DNA from: Candidatus Poribacteria bacterium
GTDB lineage: Bacteria; Poribacteria; WGA-4E; WGA-3G
Assembly: GCA_022824835.1 (NCBI GenBank)
Contig: JAJDZB010000074.1
Coordinates: 13,260-77,259, forward strand
Length of the DNA: 64,000 bases
Direction: 5' to 3'
Positions 22,125 to 31,152 of this stretch are shown here, piece by piece. The translations under genes and the position numbers were made by a program. Within the stretch, counting starts at the first letter, position 1. Each line of letters starts with the position of its first letter. Under the pieces are notes generated by a model. That model saw only the letters and a list, made by a program, of their open reading frames with translations, was not told the origin of the DNA and did not search any database.

Positions 22125-22741
22125 GGTTGTGTTCCGAGTTGTAACAGTGGTTTGTTATAGGATGAATCAAAGGTGTAAACGGGTTTTCCCCATTTCAATA
22201 GTGTCTGTGCAAATTCTAATGTTTTACTACCTTCTGCGGCATGCGCGATTAATATCTTATTTGCCAATGCTGCGACGAAATGATTACGTTTTCCAGCCCT
22301 TGTTGCATTCTGCTGAGGTGCATTATGGAATATGGATAGGATTAAGAGTCTATCTTGAGATAAGGATTCTTTCCATTCTGGCTTAATTCGCATAGTTTCA
22401 ATACTCCGAGCGGGGCAATTAATAATCGGTTGTGAACCGCGTAGAAGGACACGCAAGCACTCCTTTTCAATAGGTGAATGAAATCCGCCAACTGTTGCAA
22501 CACCATTATTTCTAAAATGGTGTGCTAAGTCGTGCGCGTTTAGGATTATCTCACCGGGACATTTGCTGGAACAGAAGATTGCCCATAAATCTGCAGTTTC
22601 TGTCATGTTAGACGCATTTGGTAATAGTTCTATATTTCCACGCGTCCATATCGTTTCTGGTGTATCATCCTTCAGGTATGCCTGTATGTATGATGGAAAG
22701 TTTTTGTCTGTTTGCGAAATGCGTTGGATTGGTTGTGTCAC
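22106..22741 (-). CDS. DprA/Smf-family Rossmann-fold domain protein (short form, 211 aa)
   Basis: ..GVATVGGFHSPIEKECLRVLLRG..RNHFVAALANKILIAHAAEGSKTLEFAQTLLKWGKPVYTF matches the DprA recombination-mediator core (..SGLA.GID..AH..; ..vvVEA...SGsL.TA..A...gr.VfA). Its 3' end overlaps the convergent cytochrome gene by 19 bp. Confidence 0.5.
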   Translation of the reverse strand: MTQPIQRISQTDKNFPSYIQAYLKDDTPETIWTRGNIELLPNASNMTETADLWAIFCSSKCPGEIILNAHDLAHHFRNNGVATVGGFHSPIEKECLRVLLRGSQPIINCPARSIETMRIKPEWKESLSQDRLLILSIFHNAPQQNATRAGKRNHFVAALANKILIAHAAEGSKTLEFAQTLLKWGKPVYTFDSSYNKPLLQLGTQPYQFGS

Positions 22742-22785
22742 TTGTAGATGTTGATGATATGTTCAGTTTGTACTGAATTTATGTG

Positions 22786-22823
22786 TTAATCAGTTACCTA
22801 ATCAGTTACCTAATCAGCTACCT
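22786..22823. repeat. 12-bp tandem repeat (CAGTTACCTAAT)x3. A second triple copy lies at 23927-23962.
   Basis: Direct reading: cagttacctaatcagttacctaatcagctacctaatcg. The same triple is found 3' of the AlbA_2 gene. Confidence 0.8.
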
Positions 22824-23163
22824 AATCGTTTACTTTTTCACTAAATCGGTTTCTCTGGGTGTGTAAAGTTTTGTCATTCTGTTTGTCTGAACCAGGATTT
22901 TCAGGATAAGAGGATTTTAGTGATCTCAGATGGATAGGATGGAAATGCATTCTTTGTCCGAACCGGGATTTTCAGGATAAGATCCATATTCTCTTATTCT
23001 ATTCTTCTGAAAATGTGAAACCTTTTGTGGTTCATCCATTTATGTACATAGCACTCCGCTGGAGTGCAGTCTGTTGACAATCCTTTTTCTATAGACATAT
23101 TGCTCCGCTGGAGCAAGGGTTTAGCGATCCTTTTCTTAAGTGTCAATTTTGGGATTTCATAAA

Positions 23164-23235
23164 CTCTTAAGAGTAGTAGGCACGCTCCGAGTGCCGTCTC
23201 TTATGAAATAAAATGACAAAAAGTTTACATACCCG
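23164..23235. repeat. MITE-like element, family D (TIR GGGTGTGTAAAGTTTTTGTCAC; internal hairpin GGCACTCGGAGAGTGCC), reverse orientation
   Basis: Near-identical copies at 26585-26722, 34637-34708 and 53589-53712. Isolated TIR-like ends occur at 22857, 26489, 27107, 62738 and 63304. Confidence 0.7.
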
Positions 23236-23340
23236 TTTCTCTTCTTCGTATTGCAAGTAAAAAACGGCTATTTAGCACACATCTGAAGGAAAATCGCTTA
23301 CCTAATCGCTTAATTCTTGGATGTATTTAGTTCCTTTGCC

Positions 23341-23619
23341 TTATCCTACATCAGAATAAAGTTGGATCTGATTCTCAAGTTTTTTCATCAGAAAACCTAA
23401 ATCGTCAACTGTAAAACTATTTAATCTTCCGTTTCTCAGTTGCGTCATTTTGTAGCGGCTGATTTTCAAGCAATTCGCAGCGTCCTTTTGTGTTATTCCT
23501 TGTTCCGCAATTAAGGTATTGATCTCATAAGCCAATTTTGCTTTTGCTAATCTTTCATCCGGTAAAGGAAGTCCTAAATCTTTAAATATATTGCCTGAAC
23601 TTAGTGTATAGTTTGCCAT
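23341..23619 (-). CDS. XRE-family HTH DNA-binding protein (HigA-like antitoxin paralog)
   Basis: 92 aa; ..ITQKDAANCLKISRYKMTQLRNGR.. is an HTH. About 80% identical to the antitoxin at 25728-26027. Confidence 0.7.
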   Translation of the reverse strand: MANYTLSSGNIFKDLGLPLPDERLAKAKLAYEINTLIAEQGITQKDAANCLKISRYKMTQLRNGRLNSFTVDDLGFLMKKLENQIQLYSDVG

Positions 23620-23667
23620 ATCTCAATTCTCCAAACCCGGACTATATTTGATCATGAAGTAGAACGT

Positions 23668-23871
23668 CTATTCTTCCCAAAAGTTTTCTATGGGGAAAGG
23701 TTTGCTGCGTCCTTTGTATACTAACTTAACCCGTATTGTTCCAGATCGGCGCGGCGGTGGCGGCGTTATAGCAACGTCCCAGTTAAGAAGGTCATCTGCA
23801 TCATAGTCCAAAAATGCAAAATGTTGTTTCTGTTTTTCTTTAGATGTATTTGTCGGTTGTGTGTTTTTCAT
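23668..23871 (-). CDS. Small hypothetical protein (67 aa), paralog of 25346-25573
   Basis: Lys/Gln-rich N-terminus and conserved ..SGTIRVKLVYKG..P.PIENFWEE C-terminus. I do not recognise any domain. RBS-like GGAG lies upstream. Confidence 0.45.
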   Translation of the reverse strand: MKNTQPTNTSKEKQKQHFAFLDYDADDLLNWDVAITPPPPRRSGTIRVKLVYKGRSKPFPIENFWEE

Positions 23872-23944
23872 GATATGCTTAGCACTCCTTTGGCATGCAA
23901 TTTTAACAGGAGTCGAGATTAGAATCAGTTACCTAATCAGTTAC

Positions 23945-25324
23945 CTAATCAGTTACCCTTCGGGTGTATTTGGTACCTCTCCCTTTTCCTATCATAGACA
24001 ATAACCCTTTATTTATCATATCCTTTAGTTCTCCATAAGCAATCCGGTGTGAGACTTGATTAATCTTCATGTATTCTCTATTTGTGATTTCTCCGTGTTT
24101 TTGTGCATAGGAAAAAGCGTTCTTTTGACGTTCGTTCAACTGTTCGGAAATGTCATCAATTTCTACAATAGTGGTCTCCTTGATAGGTGAATCAAAGATG
24201 ACTTTGGTTTCAAGTGGGTGTAGTTCGTAGCGCGGCTCTGTGTTTTCCCACTCCTTACACAATCTTTGCATCATTTTGATTCCAGACCCGTACTTTTCAA
24301 TAAAACCGACATCATACATCAATTGAGTCAAAATAGGATTTACCGGCTTGTGCCTAGGTTTATCTGGACTAACCCCTTCCGGAAAGGTGCCGGGACTAAT
24401 AATTTCAACTCGGTCATCAAATATGAACACCCGAACATCAGCAGGTTCTTGATAATTTCGATGAATTAACCCGTTGATAATCCCTTCTCGCAAGGCATCA
24501 AGCGGGTACTCAAACTTATCGTCTCGTTGAAAACTTTTTGAAGTCCGAAAACTAAGTAAGCGAATATTTTTTCTTATGAACTCCTCAGTAGCATTTACAA
24601 TTTCCCAGAGTGTTCCTGAGCAATCAAGTCGATCAATGACTGGATGGGTGACAGATGTCCCCTTGAATCTGACAACTCGCAACTGTGCGTTGTGAAAGAA
24701 TCTTTGAGGGTGTTTTCCAAAAAAGAGAATCCCTGCATGGGTCAGTGTTTCTTCTTCGCTAATACAGTTAATGTTTCTCAACAAGTCTGGTACAGTCATG
24801 TTTTGTGGTTGTGCTACGTTGCGACTCGCTTCTCTACGTGTTAGGTACCATTGGATCTTTTGTTCATCTATATCATGATTTTTGGCACTAACGACTGAGA
24901 GTTGATCCCATGTTTGTCCAACAGACTTAAGGTGCATCTGTGCAATCTCCTGCGGAGACATGACTCGGTTACTATTTCCGACTCTCTTGTAACATGTCCC
25001 TTTAACAGAGACAGGTTTTATTTGAGACTCCGTAATTTGTACTAACAGAACTGATTTTCCTTCAATGTTAGCAGATTCAAGTTCCATAACTACCCGCGGA
25101 TCAATGGCTTGAGATATCCGGTTTGTTATATCAGTTAATGTCTCTTTGCATAAGGTAATTCCTTTGATTTCTTTCTTATCGGAAACACCGATGAGAATGG
25201 AACCACCATTAGTATTGGCAAATGCAGCAGCGGTCTCAATAGTTTCTTGATCGCATCTCTCTTTAAATTCGGTCGTGCTATTTTCACCTTGCACAATGCG
25301 TTGTTTGAGTTCTGTAGTTATCAT
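23945..25324 (-). CDS. AlbA_2 (divergent AAA / Schlafen-like) + HATPase_c_4 + wHTH protein, the so-called putative transcriptional regulator / RecG-C-like family
   Basis: The N-terminus ..TEFKERCDQETIETAAAFANTNGGSILIGVSDKKEI.. is AlbA_2-like. The C-terminal ..RNYQEPADVRVFIFDDRVEIISPG.. is HATPase-like. Confidence 0.6.
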   Translation of the reverse strand: MITTELKQRIVQGENSTTEFKERCDQETIETAAAFANTNGGSILIGVSDKKEIKGITLCKETLTDITNRISQAIDPRVVMELESANIEGKSVLLVQITESQIKPVSVKGTCYKRVGNSNRVMSPQEIAQMHLKSVGQTWDQLSVVSAKNHDIDEQKIQWYLTRREASRNVAQPQNMTVPDLLRNINCISEEETLTHAGILFFGKHPQRFFHNAQLRVVRFKGTSVTHPVIDRLDCSGTLWEIVNATEEFIRKNIRLLSFRTSKSFQRDDKFEYPLDALREGIINGLIHRNYQEPADVRVFIFDDRVEIISPGTFPEGVSPDKPRHKPVNPILTQLMYDVGFIEKYGSGIKMMQRLCKEWENTEPRYELHPLETKVIFDSPIKETTIVEIDDISEQLNERQKNAFSYAQKHGEITNREYMKINQVSHRIAYGELKDMINKGLLSMIGKGRGTKYTRRVTD

Positions 25325-25345
25325 AATTTTATAATCGCCAATTAC

Positions 25346-25573
25346 CTATTCTTCCCAAGGATCCTCAACGGGCATTGGTTCACTTGGTTCTTCGTATATT
25401 AACTTGACTCGTATGGTGCCCGATTCACGAGGTTCGAGAATAGGTATGACCGCATCCAAGTTAAGAATGTCGCCTTCGTCATAAAATGGAAAAACGGGGT
25501 GTTGCTTCGGTTTTTCTTTAGCTGTGTTTGCCTGTTGTGTTTTTTTCATGATATGTTTAGTACTCCTTTGCAT
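25346..25573 (-). CDS. Small hypothetical protein (75 aa), paralog of 23668-23871
   Basis: Shared motifs KEKxKQH..F.F.D, SGTIRVKL.Y and P.P.E..WEE. Confidence 0.45.
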   Translation of the reverse strand: MQRSTKHIMKKTQQANTAKEKPKQHPVFPFYDEGDILNLDAVIPILEPRESGTIRVKLIYEEPSEPMPVEDPWEE

Positions 25574-25727
25574 ACAATTTTAACAGCAGTTGATGATAGC
25601 AGTAGACGATTTATTCTGTTCGGGTTGGGAGGGTAAAGTTTTTGGCAGATGGTTACTCAAGCACTCAAAAATCTTTCAGTTTCAAAAATCAGCATCGTAG
25701 TTAAACAATTCACTTATGCATCGGACA

Positions 25728-26027
25728 TTAACAGGTTGTCGTGCATTCATCAGACCGAAACGAATAAAGTCGTATCCGTTTTTCAAGTTTTTCTAATAGA
25801 GAACGTAAGCAAACAACGGTAAAGCAATTTAGTCTGCCGTTTCTTATTTGTGTCATCTTGTATTGACTAATTCTTAAACAATCCGCAGCTTCCTTTTGAG
25901 TCATTCCTTGTTCGGCAATTAAAGAATTGATCTCATAAGCCAATTTTGCTTTTGCTAATCTCTCATCAGGTGAAGGAAGTTCTAAATCTTTAAATACATT
26001 GCCTGAACTTAGAGTATAGTTTGCCAT
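25728..26027 (-). CDS. XRE-family HTH antitoxin (HigA-like)
   Basis: It starts 5 bp after the upstream toxin gene and carries an HTH motif. The C-terminal 20 aa diverge from the paralog, which could reflect a frameshift or simple divergence. Confidence 0.7.
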   Translation of the reverse strand: MANYTLSSGNVFKDLELPSPDERLAKAKLAYEINSLIAEQGMTQKEAADCLRISQYKMTQIRNGRLNCFTVVCLRSLLEKLEKRIRLYSFRSDECTTTC

Positions 26028-26031
26028 AATT

Positions 26032-26397
26032 TTATTTCCTTTCTGCTAAGTCTTGAGCAATTTTCAAGCGACGTCTGATAATATCTATTTCTTGTCTCGG
26101 TGTTTGAATGCCCTTTTTGGATTTCTTCTGAAACGCATGTAACACGTATATTTTCTCGTTGATTTTAGTTGTGTATATCGATCTATAGGTATTAGTCCTG
26201 AAAGTACTTCGGATTTCCATGACACCGGTAAATCCCTTTAAGGGTTTGGCTTTAGGGTGTTTATCACCTTCTTGTGCAACATATAGCGCGTATCCCACTT
26301 CATCTTGGACTTCAGGCGGAAACTCTTTTAAATCATCATGAGATGAACCAACCCAAACTAATTCTTTTATCTCATGTTCCAGTTCGGTTTCTTTCAT
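26032..26397 (-). CDS. Gp49-like / HigB-type RelE/ParE-superfamily toxin
   Basis: 121 aa. ..IYVLHAFQKKSKKGIQTPRQEIDIIRRRLKIAQ.. matches the conserved C-terminus of the Gp49/HigB family. Toxin-first gene order. Confidence 0.7.
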   Translation of the reverse strand: MKETELEHEIKELVWVGSSHDDLKEFPPEVQDEVGYALYVAQEGDKHPKAKPLKGFTGVMEIRSTFRTNTYRSIYTTKINEKIYVLHAFQKKSKKGIQTPRQEIDIIRRRLKIAQDLAERK

Positions 26398-26584
26398 ACC
26401 GAATCCTTCAATTTAGTAGAGAGATGCTGTGTCTTTTCGGTATAATTATAACGGAAAATCGGTAATTGTGCAAACGATTTCAATTGTAAGGGTGTGTAAA
26501 GTTTTTGTCACTCTATTTGTCTGAACCAGGATTTTCAGGATTTTGAGATTTGACCAGGATAAGACTCCCTCGATTAGATGAAAC

Positions 26585-26722
26585 GGGTGTGTAAGTATTC
26601 TGTCACCTTTTTTCATAAGAGACGGCACCCGGAGAGTGCCTACTACTATTAAGAGCTTATGAAATTCTAAAATTGATACTTTAGTGACAAAAAGTTTACA
26701 CACCCAATTGTAAAGGTGTGTA
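26585..26722. repeat. MITE family D, full copy with both inverted termini
   Basis: GGGTGTGTAAGTATTCTGTCACC...GGCACCCGGAGAGTGCC...GTGACAAAAAGTTTACACACCC. Confidence 0.75.
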
Positions 26723-26750
26723 AAGTTTTTGTCACTAGTAGACAGTCCAG

Positions 26751-26850
26751 ACTAAAAAAGTAGGTCGGGTAGAGGAACGAAACCCGACATGAAACCACAT
26801 ACAATAAGCAAAGTCGGGTTTCGCTTCGCTCTACCCATAAATCAACGATG
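26751..26850. repeat. Palindromic repeat family B (..AGTCCAGACTAAA..GTAGGTCGGGTAGAGGAACGAAACCCGACA..), also at 17296-17396
   Basis: Direct comparison of the two loci. Contains the hairpin GTCGGGTTTCG/CGAAACCCGAC. Confidence 0.6.
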
Positions 26851-26945
26851 TGAATGCGCGTATGGCATTCATCGGGTATAAACTTAAGAAAACTCAGAAG
26901 ATCTGATGAATCTCTCTGAATCCTTATGGTTATACGGGTTGTCTT

Positions 26946-27068
26946 CTCTTCAGTCCCGTAGGGACGATATGTCATGCAACGGTATTTATAAACATATCGT
27001 CCCTACAGGACTAAAGATACCGTGTTCAACGTGATCTATAAACATATCGTCCCTACGGGACTAAAGAG
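26946..27068. repeat. Cluster of three REP-like hairpin units (TATAAACATATCGTCCCTACGGGACTAAAGAG) in mixed orientation
   Basis: Copies at 18963, 26946-27068 and 34853-34974. Units are separated by only 12-16 nt and some are inverted, so this is not a CRISPR array. Confidence 0.75.
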
Positions 27069-27149
27069 CATCCCTAACTCTCAGATTATCCCAAAATTAA
27101 CGCCTCTAGTGACAAAATCTTTACACACCCAAGCCTGCTCTTCCCTACC

Positions 27150-30100
27150 TCAATTTCCCAACCCCATACGATACTTGATGTCGTAGTTGATGATAAAGTC
27201 TAATTCCTCGTCTGTAAACCCGTAGTGTTGTGCAAGCACACGGTCAATTTTGTCTATGATATGCTTGGAGTGACGCGGAAAAAACTCATCATAAACTACT
27301 TTGCCAGTAGTTTTGTAATTGGTTTCCTTGCGATTTGCATGATTACGATAGTCTTTCATTAGTTTTTTGGTTATTTCGGACAATTCAATCATCTTTATCT
27401 GATTCAGACTTTCAGGGTTAAAGGAGAAATTGATGATTTCTCTTATATTGAGATGTCGACAATCGGAGGATATAATAAACCACCAATAAAACAAAGAACT
27501 GTTGAGAAAGCAGCAAACTGCAAGGGCATGTTCTTCTTTACTGAAGCGTAAATCCTTTATTTGTAGTGATTGTTTTTTTCCGTCTCGTTCGTTCCAAAAG
27601 TATGGTACAAAATCGGTAGCACGAATCCAATATTGGGGGGAATTGTGAAAATGGCAGGCGAATTTTCCAGTCTTAAAACTCAAAAACTGTTTTTTTGTAT
27701 TCTTGATTTTTCTTACAATGCTTTTCCCAGTATCATCTGCTATCTTGGGAAATATGCCTTTAATGCAAATATCTGTTATGTCTTCATAAGTTATACCTTG
27801 AAACAGAGTGGAACGAGTTTCTGAAAACCATCTGTTATATTGCGTGGCGTAAAGTGTTGCTATATCCAGACTCTTTTCTTCTTTAGTGATAAAAATAGTA
27901 GCACGTATATGTTGCAGATCGTCAAAGAGTTTTCCCGGTCTATCATCAAAATTAGCAAACCAACTTATCCTATTTGGTGATTTGAAAAGGGACTGTGCTG
28001 GTATCATGCGATCAGTACAGACCAGAGGCAGTTGAACGATCATTCCAACTTGTCCTTTGCTTAAATCAATAGATCTCTCAATAGTCATTGCATACAAATT
28101 TCCGCATTTTTCGGTCATGTATCCTTTTAATGTGTACTGTTGCTTAACCTTGCTATACTCAACATAAGGCGGATTACCTATAATCACATCAAACCCATCC
28201 TCTTGCAGAATTCCGTAAAACGCGATAAACCAGTGGAAAGGTTTGTGTGAATTTAGCCACTTTTCGTAATCAGGTTGTTTGTTCAGATCAACGTCGTGTA
28301 CGCCGGCCAAGTATTCGTTGAGTTCATCTTCTAATACCTGAAGCCTACTTTGCAAATTCAGTTTGTCGGCAGGTTTCACATCACCGCCTAACGTTGTTTG
28401 TTGTCTGCGAAACTCTACAAATAGTTGCTTAACGTCCTCTGCCTTTTCTTTGATGCGTTCCATTGTATTGTCAAAGTCAAGCCTGCCAGAAATCGATTCT
28501 TCTATCTCGTTGTATGTTGCAAAACCGACAAGCGTATTGCCTGCCTGAATGTTAAAGTCAATGTCGGGTAAAGGTTCAATCTGTTTTACATCTTCAATCT
28601 GTGCTACCATTTTAAGGAAGAGGCGCAGCTTGCAAATCTCAATTGCTTCCTCCATAATGTCTACACCGTAGAGGTTGTTAATGATAATAGACTTAAGCAC
28701 AAAATATTCTCGGTTGGGATGCTGGGCGATGCGGTCAAGGGTTTCGCGAAAGTCTTTGTATTTGCGGGAGGGTCGCGATTCGGAGATCGCTCCTACCTGA
28801 TTTGGTCGCGATTCGGAGATCGCTCCTACCTGCTCTGGTCGCGATTCGGAGATCGCTCCTACCTCGTCAAGGAAGACTTGCATACGGTCAAGGCATGCCT
28901 CGTAAAGCGGTTCAAGGATGTTTAGTGCGGCAAAGAGGAATGCGCCGGATCCGCATGTCGGGTCAAGCACTGTCACTTGCGTGATGGCTTTCCAGAAGGC
29001 ACGGAGTAGTTCTGGTCCCTCACAGCTTTCTATGACATCCTGCGCAAATTGACCGATATTGAGGTTATAGGTTATTAGATCGTTGATGTTGTCAATCTCT
29101 CCGTTTGCAAGTTTGCTGCGGACGGTATCGTGACGTTGCCGTCGTGCAGCTACCTCACGCCAAATTTCTGTGGGTAGGGCAATCTCATCAACTCCATCAG
29201 GTGCACGTTCATTCCACTTTGTGCGTTCAGATACATTATCAATTCCGATAGCAATTTCCGCTGGTAAAGGTAATTCAACACCTTTTTTAATTGCATCGTA
29301 GATATAGCGATCCGGGTCTTTTTGTAGGAGTTTCCAAACTGATGTATCACCTTCAAAAGCGATTTTGCATGATTTCTTTGCTGCATCAAAAAGAAATGGA
29401 ATGATGGTATTCTTGCTGATGTATTCCGTTATGTCCTCTTTGGTATAGTATGCACCCATCTGTTTCTGGTTGATGTATTTCTCAAAGATGTAGCCAAGCA
29501 CATCAGGGTTAATCTCTTTATCGTTTTTGAGTGGTCGGTCATCAAGATGCCAATCGTATTGTTCAAAGAAGGCAAAAAGTTTCTCAAATGCTGTGTCAGG
29601 GATTTCAATGTTCTGACCATGCAGTGTCTCAATTTCGTGTTTTTGAAAGATGCCGCCGTTGAGGTAAGGGATTTTACCGAGCAATCTTCTCATTTCAGGG
29701 GTACGTTCATCCTCTGGTTTGGCAAATCCTTCAAAGAAAAGCGGACAAAGGAATTCTTTGTAGTATAGATCCGTGCCGTTTCTTTTGGTCTCAGTAAGTT
29801 TGGTTTGCAAATATTTATCGTTTTTGTTCAGAAAGCTTTTCTTTTGGATGAAGTAGATGAACATGAGGCGGTTGAGCATCACCGATACATACCACTTTTG
29901 CATCTCTTCATCGGGAATGCCGCTGAGGAATTCGAGGAATGCGTCATGCTCTTTTTTGAAACGGTCATAAAACTTTTTGGTGACCTTTTCAGCAAAAAAC
30001 GCTTTCCCGACGCGTTCAATCACACCAAAAAGTCCGATTTCTTCTTCCTCATCTAAACTAAAAGCTATGTTTTGCAGTTTTTGGATCAGCGAATCACCGG

Positions 30101-30473
30101 ACTGCCAAGTTTCGTAGCGGCGTTCACGGCATGCGTCCGGTCTCCCCTGTTGACGTTTGACCCACTGCCATATTTGTATGGTTTTTTCAGCATTCGTATA
30201 GATGATAAAGTTTTCATGTGAGGCTTTTGCGACCTGTCTTTGAATTTTACGACGGGTTGCATAATCTGGAAAGGGTTGTTCTTCTGTCATCTGTGGACAT
30301 TCATAGACTACCATACCGCGTTTTTCAGCAAGTGCTGTGAGAACATATTTGGTTTCATCTACGATAACCGGGAGTGTTTGAGAATGATTATCCCAACCGA
30401 GAACTTGTGTAAAGAGATCCTCAAATTCAGATTCTCGGAGGTATTGGCGTGTTTCTTGAGGGGTAAATTGCAT
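27150..30473 (-). CDS. Large Eco57I/PglX/DrmMI-type N6-adenine DNA methyltransferase (1107 aa) with N-terminal and C-terminal extra domains
   Basis: SAM motif I VLDPTCGSGAFLFAAL and catalytic motif IV GNPPYV; about 480 aa precede them and ~350 aa follow. An in-frame 33-bp x3 repeat encodes (VGAISESRPxQ)x3 in the linker. Confidence 0.75.
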   Translation of the reverse strand: MQFTPQETRQYLRESEFEDLFTQVLGWDNHSQTLPVIVDETKYVLTALAEKRGMVVYECPQMTEEQPFPDYATRRKIQRQVAKASHENFIIYTNAEKTIQIWQWVKRQQGRPDACRERRYETWQSGDSLIQKLQNIAFSLDEEEEIGLFGVIERVGKAFFAEKVTKKFYDRFKKEHDAFLEFLSGIPDEEMQKWYVSVMLNRLMFIYFIQKKSFLNKNDKYLQTKLTETKRNGTDLYYKEFLCPLFFEGFAKPEDERTPEMRRLLGKIPYLNGGIFQKHEIETLHGQNIEIPDTAFEKLFAFFEQYDWHLDDRPLKNDKEINPDVLGYIFEKYINQKQMGAYYTKEDITEYISKNTIIPFLFDAAKKSCKIAFEGDTSVWKLLQKDPDRYIYDAIKKGVELPLPAEIAIGIDNVSERTKWNERAPDGVDEIALPTEIWREVAARRQRHDTVRSKLANGEIDNINDLITYNLNIGQFAQDVIESCEGPELLRAFWKAITQVTVLDPTCGSGAFLFAALNILEPLYEACLDRMQVFLDEVGAISESRPEQVGAISESRPNQVGAISESRPSRKYKDFRETLDRIAQHPNREYFVLKSIIINNLYGVDIMEEAIEICKLRLFLKMVAQIEDVKQIEPLPDIDFNIQAGNTLVGFATYNEIEESISGRLDFDNTMERIKEKAEDVKQLFVEFRRQQTTLGGDVKPADKLNLQSRLQVLEDELNEYLAGVHDVDLNKQPDYEKWLNSHKPFHWFIAFYGILQEDGFDVIIGNPPYVEYSKVKQQYTLKGYMTEKCGNLYAMTIERSIDLSKGQVGMIVQLPLVCTDRMIPAQSLFKSPNRISWFANFDDRPGKLFDDLQHIRATIFITKEEKSLDIATLYATQYNRWFSETRSTLFQGITYEDITDICIKGIFPKIADDTGKSIVRKIKNTKKQFLSFKTGKFACHFHNSPQYWIRATDFVPYFWNERDGKKQSLQIKDLRFSKEEHALAVCCFLNSSLFYWWFIISSDCRHLNIREIINFSFNPESLNQIKMIELSEITKKLMKDYRNHANRKETNYKTTGKVVYDEFFPRHSKHIIDKIDRVLAQHYGFTDEELDFIINYDIKYRMGLGN
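28771..28869. repeat. Perfect in-frame 33-bp tandem repeat x3 inside the methyltransferase gene
   Basis: ggtcgcgattcggagatcgctcctacctg occurs 3 times with 1-3 nt variation at unit ends. Confidence 0.85.
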
Positions 30474-30644
30474 AGGTGTTCCTATAGGTTGTCTGATTTG
30501 ATGAGTAATTCGTCATTCGTGAGATGACCGATGACAAGTTTAGGTTTTTTCATTTAATACCTCTGGCAAAAGGGATTATGTTAATGTCAATTATACATAA
30601 CTTAGATATGAAATTCAAGGTTTTACTACTCGTATATTTGATAT

Positions 30645-30812
30645 AACGTGAGTTTGATAATTAAATGCAATATTCATTGTAGGTTGGGTTGAGGCACGCC
30701 AATCAAATATTAACTGGCAACATGTATTGCTCTATAATGGGTCAAGATGTTGGGTTTCGTTCCTCAACCCAACCTACGTAAGTTATTTGTTCTGATTTAT
30801 CAAACTCACGTT
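30645..30812. mobile_element. MITE family A (TIR AACGTGAGTTTGATAA ... TTATCAAACTCACGTT), inserted between the helicase and methyltransferase genes
   Basis: Full copies with both termini at 30645-30812, 37447-37599, 38751-38883, 43683-43804 and 57703-57822. A partial copy lies at 47745-47822. Confidence 0.75.
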
Positions 30813-30901
30813 GATATAGTAACTTTTCTTTTATTTCTGTATATTGTGTGGTATACTTTTAAGTATGCTTTTATAATCATTTGTGAAAACATAACGAGGA
30901 A

Positions 30902-31108
30902 ATGACCATGCAAACTACCATTATTGAGAAACTTCAGTATCTTTCACCGAAGGACTACGAAGAAGTGCTAAATTTTATTGATTCCTTGTTAACAAAAAAG
31001 GTTTCAGAAGAAAAAAAGAAACCGAATTTGGAGTGGATTGGTGGCTTAATAGAATATCGAGGGCAGTACACAGCACTTGAACTTCAGAAGAAGGCATCAA
31101 ACAGATAG
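30902..31108 (+). CDS. Small hypothetical protein (68 aa), possibly antitoxin-like (resembles the DUF2281-type fold: ..IEKLQYLSPKDYEEVLNFIDSLL..)
   Basis: An ORF with ATG, on the strand opposite to the flanking large genes. The similarity is a weak recollection only. Confidence 0.3.
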   Translation: MTMQTTIIEKLQYLSPKDYEEVLNFIDSLLTKKVSEEKKKPNLEWIGGLIEYRGQYTALELQKKASNR

Positions 31109-31152
31109 GGGAAGACAAGAACCTGCCGATGTGTTGTAAGGAAATCCCCTCA

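Noticed and set aside
22069-22386. ORF 22069-22386(+) downstream of the cytochrome gene.
   Set aside because: It lies entirely antisense to the better-supported DprA-like gene at 22106-22741. No independent support.
26946-27068. Regularly spaced about 32-nt repeats (TATAAACATATCGTCCCTACGGGACTAAAGAG), here and at 34853-34974, considered as CRISPR arrays.
   Set aside because: The units alternate orientation and are separated by only 12-16 nt of non-unique sequence. Single copies also act as hairpins after rplQ. They are REP/MITE-like, not CRISPR.
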